This document shows positions 16,190-24,818 of a DNA stretch of 39,186 nt, piece by piece. Below the pieces are notes generated by a model that saw nothing but the letters and a program-made list of their open reading frames with translations, had not been told where the DNA came from and did no database searches. A program made the position numbers and the translations under genes. Origin of the DNA: Sphaerochaetaceae bacterium (GTDB lineage Bacteria; Spirochaetota; Spirochaetia; Sphaerochaetales; Sphaerochaetaceae); assembly GCA_041670175.1 (NCBI GenBank), contig JBAXZS010000001.1, positions 1-39,186 on the forward strand, read 5' to 3'. How positions within the stretch are numbered: the stretch's first letter is position 1; the number at the start of each line of letters is the position of its first letter.

Positions 16190-17439
16190 TGAAACGTTTG
16201 TCCATAGTATTACTTCTTTCTTTTATTCTCTTGGGGTGCACCTCAACAGCAAGCATGGTGCAAAGCCCATCCTCCGATACCTCATTGGGTCTTGAGGAAA
16301 AACTTCAGAAGGCAGGAATAGACAAGGTCCTCATGACCGAACCTAAAATCTATTACAGCGGGACGGAGTGGCTTGCGCATCTGACTTCCTTGGTTTCCAA
16401 TGCCAAGAAGTATGTGGTACTCACTTCTTTTCTTGCTTCCGATAGCCAGGAGGTCGAATTACTGTATCAGGCTATTGTGAAGAAGGCGAAGGAAGGAGTC
16501 CCTGTCTATTTCCTTGTGGATGGGGTGGGGATGTTTGACATGACTGAGTCAAGGTATCATCTGATACCGCTTCTCTATTTGAACGATACCCCGGTGCATT
16601 TCCTTGAGTTCAATCCCATGTCCACCGCACGTCTTATCAGTGGGAGCGCCTTGCTGTACAGGTATCATCAGAAGGTGATTATCATTGACGGACAGACAAT
16701 GGCGCTAGGAGGCATGAACCTCAATTACATTTCCATCGGTGCTACTGGGGCGAGCCTGCAACGTGACAGCATGTACGAGTTTTCTTCTCCAGGGGCGATA
16801 CAGGAATTTCTTGATTGGTTTGTTCCTTGGTGGAATGACCATAGCTGGGATCACATCGATAGGGATTCTTTTTCCATAGAGAATCAGCCTGATAAGGAAA
16901 AGCCCTCAAGAGATGCCTGGTTCATCAATCAGGTTCCAGGGAACAAACAGCTTCTGCAAGCCTATGGCTCGCTTATTTCCAGTGCGAAGGAAAGCATCGA
17001 GATATTGCCATTCCTTCCTGCTTTGGATGGGAATATGCTCAAGGCCCTCAAAGAGGCCATCGACCGTGGGGTAAAAGTCTCCATGGTAATCTCTTATGAC
17101 CCACGTACTTCGGACAGGTATCTGTATCTTCCTTTGCTGGAGATTGGAGTGCAGATGAGATTGGAATCCGAAAAAGCTGATTTGGGGCTCCTCCACGAGA
17201 AGCTTATGGTGGTTGATGGGCGCTATGTGCTTTTTGGTTCGAGTAATTTCAATTATCGTTCCATGGCTCTCTCCTATGAATCATCAGCTATCATCGATGA
17301 TCCTTCTTTTGCAGTGACGGTGCAAAAGCATTTCCAACAATACTTTGATGATGCGGTTGAAGTGTCCCTCGACGAAGCCAAGAAATGGAGAACCGTTGAT
17401 AAATATCTGATGCATCTTCTCATGACGGTAGGTGGATGA
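16189..17439 (+). CDS. Phospholipase D / cardiolipin-synthase-like (two HKD motifs) lipoprotein
   Basis: Two intact HKD motifs: HQKVIIIDGQTMALGGMNLN and HEKLMVVDGRYVLFGSSNFN. The N-terminus MKRLSIVLLLSFILLGC carries an LLGC lipobox. The start overlaps the upstream stop (TAATG). Confidence 0.85.
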   Translation: MKRLSIVLLLSFILLGCTSTASMVQSPSSDTSLGLEEKLQKAGIDKVLMTEPKIYYSGTEWLAHLTSLVSNAKKYVVLTSFLASDSQEVELLYQAIVKKAKEGVPVYFLVDGVGMFDMTESRYHLIPLLYLNDTPVHFLEFNPMSTARLISGSALLYRYHQKVIIIDGQTMALGGMNLNYISIGATGASLQRDSMYEFSSPGAIQEFLDWFVPWWNDHSWDHIDRDSFSIENQPDKEKPSRDAWFINQVPGNKQLLQAYGSLISSAKESIEILPFLPALDGNMLKALKEAIDRGVKVSMVISYDPRTSDRYLYLPLLEIGVQMRLESEKADLGLLHEKLMVVDGRYVLFGSSNFNYRSMALSYESSAIIDDPSFAVTVQKHFQQYFDDAVEVSLDEAKKWRTVDKYLMHLLMTVGG

Positions 17440-17948
17440 GCATGAAAAAGCTAGTTTTGGTTCTTCTTCTCCTCAGTAGTCTCAATTTCTTGTTTGCCCG
17501 TAGCTTTGGGTATTTTGTCGCCCAGGATGGTGAAAAGACATCTTCCAATGCGTATGGAGGAGCTTCTTTCGGCCTGGTGCTCCAACCTTTCCAGCGTTCC
17601 TTTCTCAATCCTTCTCTCTTTGTATCCTTGAGCATGGGGACGGATATGCAATCGAGGTTTTTATTGCCGGCAGCCACGATGGGAGTGACGATAGACTTGT
17701 TTAGGACCATGAATCATCCTTTCATGTTTATTGCGCATAATAAGATAGCGTATGATCCGTCTGTTAGCGTAGGAATGCAACTCCGCTTTGACGATTCCAC
17801 TCGTCCTGCCTTGTACTTTGGTGCGAGTCCGTTCAAGTTCAGTCAACCGGATTTCTGGTACGAATTCTGTAGTCCTTTCGGGACGTACAGCAACAAAGGA
17901 TGGAGTTGGGGTGTAGCCATATTTAGGTTCACCTTCTTATGCCTATGA
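17436..17948 (+). CDS. Hypothetical exported protein (signal peptide, beta-rich)
   Basis: MSMKKLVLVLLLLSSLNFLFA is a classic signal peptide. ATGA overlap with the PLD gene. I recognise no family motif. Confidence 0.6.
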   Translation: MSMKKLVLVLLLLSSLNFLFARSFGYFVAQDGEKTSSNAYGGASFGLVLQPFQRSFLNPSLFVSLSMGTDMQSRFLLPAATMGVTIDLFRTMNHPFMFIAHNKIAYDPSVSVGMQLRFDDSTRPALYFGASPFKFSQPDFWYEFCSPFGTYSNKGWSWGVAIFRFTFLCL

Positions 17949-18502
17949 GAAAAAAAATAATGGTTCTGTTGACAACGCTTTTGTTTTTTGGCTCGGCTTT
18001 GAGTGCCAAGACTGATTATTTTGATTTGGGTGTGACGGTAGGGTCGCGTTCTCATTTTTTTGAGAGAGGATATGATACTTCCAAATTGTCCTTGCAATAT
18101 GGCTTGACGATGGGGCTCTCGGATGTGTATGAACTGGACATCACCGCAACGAGCCAATTGGTCCCTTCTTTCTTTGGGGATACCTCAGCTCAGGTTTTAA
18201 TCCAGCGTTCCCTTCTGGGATTCCGTAACAGCGGGACCGAGATTGCGGGTATGGGCTTCAACATGCTTCTGGGGGCAGGAGTGGGGTTTAGCACCTACAA
18301 TCCCTATGCCAAGTTCTCCCTCACCCATCTGTTGGTCTCCTTCACCCCTGCGGTGGCTGGTTCCCCTTCTCTATGCAAGCGTGAAAGACTGCTGACCTTT
18401 ACCTTGGGCATCAATATTTATACACAGCAGGTCAGCCTTTATCTTGATATCCTCACGGATGATTTCTATTTCTTGGGGACTTACAAGGATCATCAACGCT
18501 AG
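17939..18502 (+). CDS. Hypothetical exported protein (signal peptide, beta-rich)
   Basis: MPMRKKIMVLLTTLLFFGSALSA is a signal peptide. It overlaps the preceding ORF by 10 nt. I recognise no family motif. It may be a distant paralog of the preceding ORF, based on a weak by-eye impression only. Confidence 0.6.
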   Translation: MPMRKKIMVLLTTLLFFGSALSAKTDYFDLGVTVGSRSHFFERGYDTSKLSLQYGLTMGLSDVYELDITATSQLVPSFFGDTSAQVLIQRSLLGFRNSGTEIAGMGFNMLLGAGVGFSTYNPYAKFSLTHLLVSFTPAVAGSPSLCKRERLLTFTLGINIYTQQVSLYLDILTDDFYFLGTYKDHQR

Positions 18503-18942
18503 CACTTCTCCAGGGCCATGATCTTGTCGACCCTCCGCTGATGTCTTCCTCCCTGAAAAGTCGCATCCATGAACGCGTCCAGCATGGCAAGAGGAGATTC
18601 GCTGTATTCGATTCTTCCTCCGAAAGCTATGAAGTTGCAGTCATTATGCTCCTTTGCTTTCTGTGCTGCAAAACAGTTCTGGGGGAGAGCGCAGCGGATA
18701 CCCTTGATCTTGTTGGCACTGATGCTGATCCCTATTCCTGTCCCGCAACATACGATACCAAATTCATATCCACCTTTTTTAAATTCCGTGGTGGCCTCAA
18801 GAGCGATATCGGGGTAATCGACACTATCCTCGGTGAATACCCCCAGATGGTTCACTTCACATCCTCTTTCTTTAAGATGGGCAACTAGTTTCTGTGCCAG
18901 TTGTACCGCCCCGTGGTCGTTTGCAATGACAATCTTTGACAT
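18499..18942 (-). CDS. rpiB: Ribose-5-phosphate isomerase B (RpiB/LacAB family)
   Basis: KIVIANDHGAV...VDYPD...GIVCCGTGIGISISANKIKGIRCAL...AKEHNDCNFIAFGGR. GAGGAGG SD. Confidence 0.9.
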   Translation of the reverse strand: MSKIVIANDHGAVQLAQKLVAHLKERGCEVNHLGVFTEDSVDYPDIALEATTEFKKGGYEFGIVCCGTGIGISISANKIKGIRCALPQNCFAAQKAKEHNDCNFIAFGGRIEYSESPLAMLDAFMDATFQGGRHQRRVDKIMALEKC

Positions 18943-19025
18943 GCCTAATCCTCCTCATCAAGGATACTTCAATATTCCTTGGCTGAGAAGATGAAAATAA
19001 GGTAATATCAGGTGAGGAGCTTTTT

Positions 19026-20657
19026 GTGGCAGAGATTTTAATTGTTGGACATCGTAATCCTGATATGGATAGTGTATGCAGCGCATATGCATATGCCTAT
19101 TTGAAGAACAGCCAGGACAAGGCGAATACCTATGTACCTGTGCGTTGTGGCAATCTCAACGACTCAACCAAGGCACAGTTCGAGCGAATTGCAGTGACCC
19201 CTCCCAAGTTCATAAGGGATGTCCGCTGCCGTCTCGCCACGGTTGTCAGAACCAATGAGCAGAGTCTTGATTATCTTGATCCCGTTTACAACCTGGTCTC
19301 TCTTTTCAACCGTAATCCCTCTGTGGTGAGTGTCGTGGATAACGGCTCGTATTGTGGGTTGCTAAGTATTGATGAGGTCAATAAGTTTTTCCTTCGGGAG
19401 AACAGTGGGAAGCGTCCAATTTATCATTTTGTAGTAAACAACATTCCCAAGGTGCTGCATGGCGAATTTCTCAAGCGTGGGGAGATGGATGAGTTTGATA
19501 GTCCTCTTATCGTGGGAGCCATGCGCTATACGGTGTTCTGCTCCCATCTCGATGCTCTTGATAATCCCAAGCCTCTTCTTGTAGTGGGCGACAGGGAGGA
19601 CCATATCAAGCGGGCCATCGCCAAGCAGATACCTTGCATCATCCTCACCGGATTGGATACAGGACTGACCAGTTCGGTTGATTTCTCTCAGTACAAGGGG
19701 ACCGTGTTCATCAGCGAAGAGGATACCAGTGAGACCTTGAGGTTATTGAGATTGTCGATTCCAATCAGATGCCTGATGGATGAGAATCCCCCTGCCTTGC
19801 AGGATGACCAGCTTTTTGATGAGGCGAAGACCATACTTTCCTCCAGCCATTTCAGAGGCATGCCGGTATTTCATGAAAAAACATGGATGGGTTTTGTCAC
19901 CCGTCGATGCTTCTTGGAAAAACCCAAGACCAAGGTGATACTGGTTGACCATAATGAGAAGGAGCAAAGCGTGCCTGGTATTGAGGAAGCGGAATTGATT
20001 GAGATAATCGATCATCATAGGATGGGGACAATCAAGACACCCAATCCCATCTATATCTTGTGTGATCCGCTTGGCTCCACTTGTACAATCGTGTATCACT
20101 TGTTTGTAAGACAGGCTATCCCGATTCCCGTTTCTATCGCCAAGGTGTTGCTCTCAGGTATCGTGAGCGATACCGTCATGCTCAAAAGCCCGACCACCAC
20201 AGCAGAGGACAGGGTGGCGGTCGATGCGCTTTGCAAGATAGCAGGGCTGGAAAACGTGGAGCAGTTTGGCAATGAGATGTTTTCCAGCGGAACTTCCTTG
20301 GAGGGGAAGGACCCTCGTAAGCTCATTGAGTCTGACTTCAAACAATACAGCGAGAAGCAAAAGCGTTTTGGCATTGGACAATGTGAGGTGACCACCCTCA
20401 GCAATGTCGATGAATTCAAAGATTCTCTTTTTGAAAGTCTTGCTGCGGTACGGCATGATAACAATCTGGATTTCGCTTTGTTTCTCATAACGGACGTGAT
20501 ACATGAGAATAGTGTGTTGCTTTCCAGCGGGTTGGGTTTTTACGAACCAAAGCTGGCCTATACTCAAGAAAGTCCGCATAAATTCCTGCTTCCCGGGGTG
20601 CTCTCAAGAAAAAAACAATTGTTGCCTGAAGTGCTCAGGGTATTGGAGGAGCTCTAG
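19026..20657 (+). CDS. ppaC: CBS/DRTGG-domain family II (DHH-DHHA2) inorganic pyrophosphatase
   Basis: DHH motifs: GHRNPDMDSVCSAYAYA, VDHNE, IIDHHRMG. Inserted DRTGG-like segment: LLVVGDREDHIKRAI...IILTG. 543 aa, typical of CBS-PPases. GTG start after GGTGAGGAG. Confidence 0.8.
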   Translation: MAEILIVGHRNPDMDSVCSAYAYAYLKNSQDKANTYVPVRCGNLNDSTKAQFERIAVTPPKFIRDVRCRLATVVRTNEQSLDYLDPVYNLVSLFNRNPSVVSVVDNGSYCGLLSIDEVNKFFLRENSGKRPIYHFVVNNIPKVLHGEFLKRGEMDEFDSPLIVGAMRYTVFCSHLDALDNPKPLLVVGDREDHIKRAIAKQIPCIILTGLDTGLTSSVDFSQYKGTVFISEEDTSETLRLLRLSIPIRCLMDENPPALQDDQLFDEAKTILSSSHFRGMPVFHEKTWMGFVTRRCFLEKPKTKVILVDHNEKEQSVPGIEEAELIEIIDHHRMGTIKTPNPIYILCDPLGSTCTIVYHLFVRQAIPIPVSIAKVLLSGIVSDTVMLKSPTTTAEDRVAVDALCKIAGLENVEQFGNEMFSSGTSLEGKDPRKLIESDFKQYSEKQKRFGIGQCEVTTLSNVDEFKDSLFESLAAVRHDNNLDFALFLITDVIHENSVLLSSGLGFYEPKLAYTQESPHKFLLPGVLSRKKQLLPEVLRVLEEL

Positions 20658-22693
20658 GCGATGGTGTTGATATTGTAGATGGAGGGAATGGTCTTGAGGC
20701 TCTTCATTATCTTGATGAAGTCTTCCTCCTTGGTCACCTCCATCGAGAAATTCCCAATGAGCTTGCCTTCTTCATCATCATGAAGATTCCCTCCGGTAAG
20801 ATGTCCCTGGTACTTCCTTATTGCACCTTCGATTTCCCCGAACAGGTCGTTGGTGCGCTTGCTCACCACAGAGAAATTCCTAGTGAGCTTTGGATTTCCC
20901 GTCTCCCACTCGACATCGATGGAACGATCGACCACCTCGGTCATGTTTTTCAGGTTCGGGCAATCCTTGCGATGGACGATGATCCCTCTTCCTCGGCTGA
21001 TATAGCCGACTATCTCATCACCACGTACGGGATTGCAGCATTTTGCCAGGTGGATCATCATGTTCTTCTCGTCCCCTACTCGTAATTTCATACGTTGGGG
21101 ATCATTGATATGGCGGACTATGCCATCCGGATCAGGGGTGAACGAGGAAGGATTTCCGGATGGGGTATCCTGTTTTGGCGGTACCACCTCCTCTTCCTTT
21201 CGTTTTGCAATGATATCCTTGTCAATGAGGATGTTCTCATCATATTTGTTCAACCATGCCTTGATCTTCTTTCGTGCGCCATTGGTATTGGCATACCTGA
21301 GCCACGAGACATGGGGTCTGGCGTTCGGGCTGGTAAGTATCTCGATGACCTGGGTGTTTTTCAGTGGTTGGTTGAGGGCGATAATCGATCCGTCCGCCTT
21401 GGCTCCGACCGTATGATTCCCGACCTCGGTGTGGATTTGATAGGCAAAATCCATTGCTGTCGAGTTGGAGGGCAATTCGACGATATGGCCTTGGGGGGTG
21501 AACACATAAATGGTGTCCTTGAGTAACTCACCCTTGATGTCTTCCATGAATGATTCGCTGTGTTCGATTTCATTGGACCAGGTCTTGAGCTTGGAAAGTA
21601 TCTTGGAGAACTGTTCATTATCCAGGCGGGTCCATGAACCGCTTTCGCTTCCTGTCTCTGCCTTGTACGTCCAGTGGGCGGCGATTCCATATTCGGCGGT
21701 ATAGTGCATTTCCTTGGTGCGTATCTGTATTTCCAGCAATTTACCATCAAGGGACATGACTGTGGTGTGGAGACTTTGGTAGTTGTTTGCCTTTGGCATG
21801 GCGATATAGTCCTTGAATCTGCCTTCGATAGGAGGCCAAAGGCTATGGATTACTCCCAGTATGGTATAGCATTCCGTGACTGTATTGCAGAGGATTCTCA
21901 CTCCAAGTATGTCAAATATCTCATCGATTTCCTTTTTCCGTTTCTTCATTTTCATATAGACGGAATAGGCATGTTTTACCCGGCTGGTCACGAAGATATC
22001 GGAAAGCTGGGCATCGCTGCAAGCGCGGTAAATGCTTTTCTCAACGCGTCCCAGATAAGCCATCTGCTCACTCTTTTTCCCTAATAGATAATCCTGGATA
22101 TACTGGAAGGTATCGGGTTTAAGGACCTTCAGCGACAAGTCCTCCAGTTCATCCTTGAGCCAGGAAATACCGAGTCGGTCGGCAAGAGGGGCGAAAATAT
22201 CCAGGCATTCCTGTGCTATCTCCTTGGCCCTTTCAGGTTTGAGATGCTGCAAGGTACGCATGTTGTGAAGTTTGTCGGCGAGCTTGATGATAATCACCCG
22301 GATATCCTTGCTCATGGCAAAGAACATCTTCCGTATGGTCTCGGCTTCAGCCGCACTTTTGTTCATGGTCTTCAGATTGCCGATCTTGGTGACACCTTCG
22401 ACCATGTCGGCCACGGATTGTCCAAACACTTCAGCCAGTTCCTCATAGTTGGTCTGGGTATCCTCGATCGTGTCATGAAGCAACCCTGCACAGATGGTGT
22501 CCGCATCCATTTTCAGCTTGATGAGGATTTCTCCTACTGCAAGAGGATGGATGAGATACGGTTCACCGCTGGCACGTTTCTGATTTTCGTGTTTTTGAGC
22601 GGCAAAGGTAGCGGCTGCCAAGATTTTTTCTTGGTCTTCCTTGGGGTATTTGAAAGCTTTCTGTATGAATCGTTCTATCATCTGCTCGTACAT
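20654..22693 (-). CDS. relA: Bifunctional (p)ppGpp synthetase/hydrolase (RelA/SpoT homolog)
   Basis: HD hydrolase motifs: HENQKRASGEPYLIHPLAV and LLHDTIEDT. Synthetase motifs: FDILGVRILC and DYIAMPKANNYQSLHTTV. TGS and ACT-like C-terminal regions are present. Confidence 0.9.
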   Translation of the reverse strand: MYEQMIERFIQKAFKYPKEDQEKILAAATFAAQKHENQKRASGEPYLIHPLAVGEILIKLKMDADTICAGLLHDTIEDTQTNYEELAEVFGQSVADMVEGVTKIGNLKTMNKSAAEAETIRKMFFAMSKDIRVIIIKLADKLHNMRTLQHLKPERAKEIAQECLDIFAPLADRLGISWLKDELEDLSLKVLKPDTFQYIQDYLLGKKSEQMAYLGRVEKSIYRACSDAQLSDIFVTSRVKHAYSVYMKMKKRKKEIDEIFDILGVRILCNTVTECYTILGVIHSLWPPIEGRFKDYIAMPKANNYQSLHTTVMSLDGKLLEIQIRTKEMHYTAEYGIAAHWTYKAETGSESGSWTRLDNEQFSKILSKLKTWSNEIEHSESFMEDIKGELLKDTIYVFTPQGHIVELPSNSTAMDFAYQIHTEVGNHTVGAKADGSIIALNQPLKNTQVIEILTSPNARPHVSWLRYANTNGARKKIKAWLNKYDENILIDKDIIAKRKEEEVVPPKQDTPSGNPSSFTPDPDGIVRHINDPQRMKLRVGDEKNMMIHLAKCCNPVRGDEIVGYISRGRGIIVHRKDCPNLKNMTEVVDRSIDVEWETGNPKLTRNFSVVSKRTNDLFGEIEGAIRKYQGHLTGGNLHDDEEGKLIGNFSMEVTKEEDFIKIMKSLKTIPSIYNINTIA

Positions 22694-23532
22694 GGTCGCT
22701 CTCCATAAACCACTCGCTCTTTGCCTGCGAGATCCTTTTCACTGTAAACATTATTAAAACCGTTGGCAAGCAAAAGCGTTTTCACAGCTTCAATTTGTCT
22801 CCAGTCACACTCGAGGAACAACAGGCCCGGACCTTTAAGATGGAAAACACTTTCTTGAATCAGCCGCCTAATGAGAGAGAGCCCGTCCTCGTCGAATCCT
22901 TGCAATGCCATGCGTGGTTCCTTCTTTACTTGTTTATCCGTTTCCTCTATCCATTTCTCGGTAAGATAAGGAGGGTTGGCCACGATAAGATCGAATTTCT
23001 CATTTATTTGGGAAAACAGATCGCTTTGCATCACCCGGTATGTCTCTTTGCAAAGCCTTTGGGCGTTTTCTTCAGCAACTGCCAGGGCATCACTTGACAA
23101 GTCACTTAAGGTGACAGGGCAGTGGAGGGCGTTGCTCAGTGTGATGCCGATGCACCCACTTCCCGTACAAATATCCAGCATATTCCCAATGGGAATCTTT
23201 CGGCTGAGCACCGCCTCCACCAAAGTCTCCGTATCACTACGGGGAATGAGCACTCTTGGATCAACCTTGAAGTCAAGGTTGTAAAACTCCCTATGCCCAA
23301 GGATATACGCCATAGGGACACTTTGTAACCGTTTCTCAAGAAAAGCATGAAGCCTTTTCCCTTCCTCTTCAGAAAGGATATGATTCCGCTTGGTTATCAG
23401 TGCGGTACTGTCGAAACCTGTAGCCGCTTGCACCAGAAGTCTGGCATCCAAATTTGCGGTGTCGGTGACTTCAGCCTCGCTAAGGGCACACCGGCAAGCC
23501 CAGACTGCTTCATAGGTGTGCATCTGATTCAT
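22678..23532 (-). CDS. prmC: Release-factor glutamine N5-methyltransferase
   Basis: SAM-binding motif DICTGSGCIG and catalytic motif IVANPPYL. It lies immediately downstream of prfA (TAATG overlap). Confidence 0.9.
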   Translation of the reverse strand: MNQMHTYEAVWACRCALSEAEVTDTANLDARLLVQAATGFDSTALITKRNHILSEEEGKRLHAFLEKRLQSVPMAYILGHREFYNLDFKVDPRVLIPRSDTETLVEAVLSRKIPIGNMLDICTGSGCIGITLSNALHCPVTLSDLSSDALAVAEENAQRLCKETYRVMQSDLFSQINEKFDLIVANPPYLTEKWIEETDKQVKKEPRMALQGFDEDGLSLIRRLIQESVFHLKGPGLLFLECDWRQIEAVKTLLLANGFNNVYSEKDLAGKERVVYGERPCTSR

Positions 23533-24596
23533 TAGGCTTCCTTGAGCGCCGCTTCACCTGCAGCAATTTTGAGAGGGACGATCACCTGGTCAAGATCACC
23601 TGCAAGAATCAAATCCAGTTTATACAGGGTGAGGTCAATTCGATGATCAGTCAACCTATTCTGGGGAAAATTGTAAGTCCTGATTCGCTCTGAGCGGTCG
23701 CCGCTGCCCACCATGCTTTTTCTTGTTGCCGCACGCTCTGCATTCTTTTTTGACTCTTCCAGGTCATACAACCTGGCACGAAGCACCCTCATCGCTTTAT
23801 TTTTATTCTTGAGCTGACTTTTCTCATCTTGTTGGATGACCACCAGACCTGTCGGGATATGGGTAAGACGGACAGCACTGTCGGTGGTGTTGACACATTG
23901 TCCCCCATGTCCACCTGCGCGCATGACATCAATCCGCAAGTCTTCATCCCTGATGACGATGTCCGTTTCCTCGGCTTCAGGCAGCACCGCCACAGAGGCG
24001 GCCGAGGTATGGATACGACCGCTGTTCTCCGTCTCAGGAACCCGCTGTACCCTGTGCACTCCGCTTTCCCAGCGCAAGGAGCCATATACATCCTTACCGC
24101 TGATTGAGAGCACTATCTCCTTATAACCTCCAAGAGCTATCTCGTTGGAGCTCATCACTTCGATCTTCCAGCCTTTTGCCTCACAATAGCGACGGTACAT
24201 ATCATACAGGTCGGCAGCGAACAAGGCCGCCTCGTCTCCTCCTGTACCAGCTCGTATTTCCATGATAATGTTTTTGCCTTCAAGAGGGTCGGGAGGTATG
24301 AGCAATACTTTCACTTCTTCCTGACGGGCATCGAACTTCGCCTTGAGCTCCGCAAGTTCTTCCTTTGCCATATCGACCATTTCGGAATCACTTTCGTTAT
24401 GTAGCAGCTCAGTGGCATCTTTGATCTGCTTGTCAAGGTTGTTCAATTCCTCAAGCTTTTCGACAACAGGTGCCAGATGCGCCCTATCCTGCATCAGTGC
24501 CTTATACAGTTTCATATCTGAAGTTACTTCAGGAGTGGAGAGTTTCTCATCCAGTTCCTGAAGCTGTTTGGTAAATTCGGGTAGCTTCTCAAGCAT
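23532..24596 (-). CDS. prfA: Peptide chain release factor 1
   Basis: GGQ motif: RAGGHGGQCVNTTDSAVRLTHIPTG. P-x-T region: RVQRVPETE. I prefer the ATG at 24596 (MLEKLPEF, TAGGAG SD) to the longer track ORF. Confidence 0.9.
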   Translation of the reverse strand: MLEKLPEFTKQLQELDEKLSTPEVTSDMKLYKALMQDRAHLAPVVEKLEELNNLDKQIKDATELLHNESDSEMVDMAKEELAELKAKFDARQEEVKVLLIPPDPLEGKNIIMEIRAGTGGDEAALFAADLYDMYRRYCEAKGWKIEVMSSNEIALGGYKEIVLSISGKDVYGSLRWESGVHRVQRVPETENSGRIHTSAASVAVLPEAEETDIVIRDEDLRIDVMRAGGHGGQCVNTTDSAVRLTHIPTGLVVIQQDEKSQLKNKNKAMRVLRARLYDLEESKKNAERAATRKSMVGSGDRSERIRTYNFPQNRLTDHRIDLTLYKLDLILAGDLDQVIVPLKIAAGEAALKEA

Positions 24597-24818
24597 ACAA
24601 ACTCCTAATCTTGTAAAAAAAGAGTATATCCCAAATAGGAGCAAACATCCAGAACCTTAAGTGGTTGCTGGCTATTTCGGATGCCGTATTATAAGGAGTA
24701 TGTCTCTCGTAGTGAAAACAAAGCTCATAAGAGAGGAATGATGTGCCTGCAAGAAAATATTTGGATACACAGACATGGGTAAGTGTCCTGTAGGCGCACA
24801 TGGGGAAATCCCAGGAAA

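Noticed and set aside
16189-17439. PLD/HKD protein as a defence-type nuclease (DISARM DrmC-like or Nuc-like)
   Set aside because: It has a clear lipoprotein signal peptide (LLGC lipobox), so it should be exported. No helicase, methylase or other defence partners are adjacent. An envelope lipid or phosphodiester role is more plausible.
23532-24596. RF1 codon-recognition tripeptide reads PET, not the familiar PAT
   Set aside because: The motif is generally defined as P-x-T with a variable middle residue. I have no basis to claim altered stop-codon specificity, and I do not link it to the in-frame TAA in the MerR-like gene.
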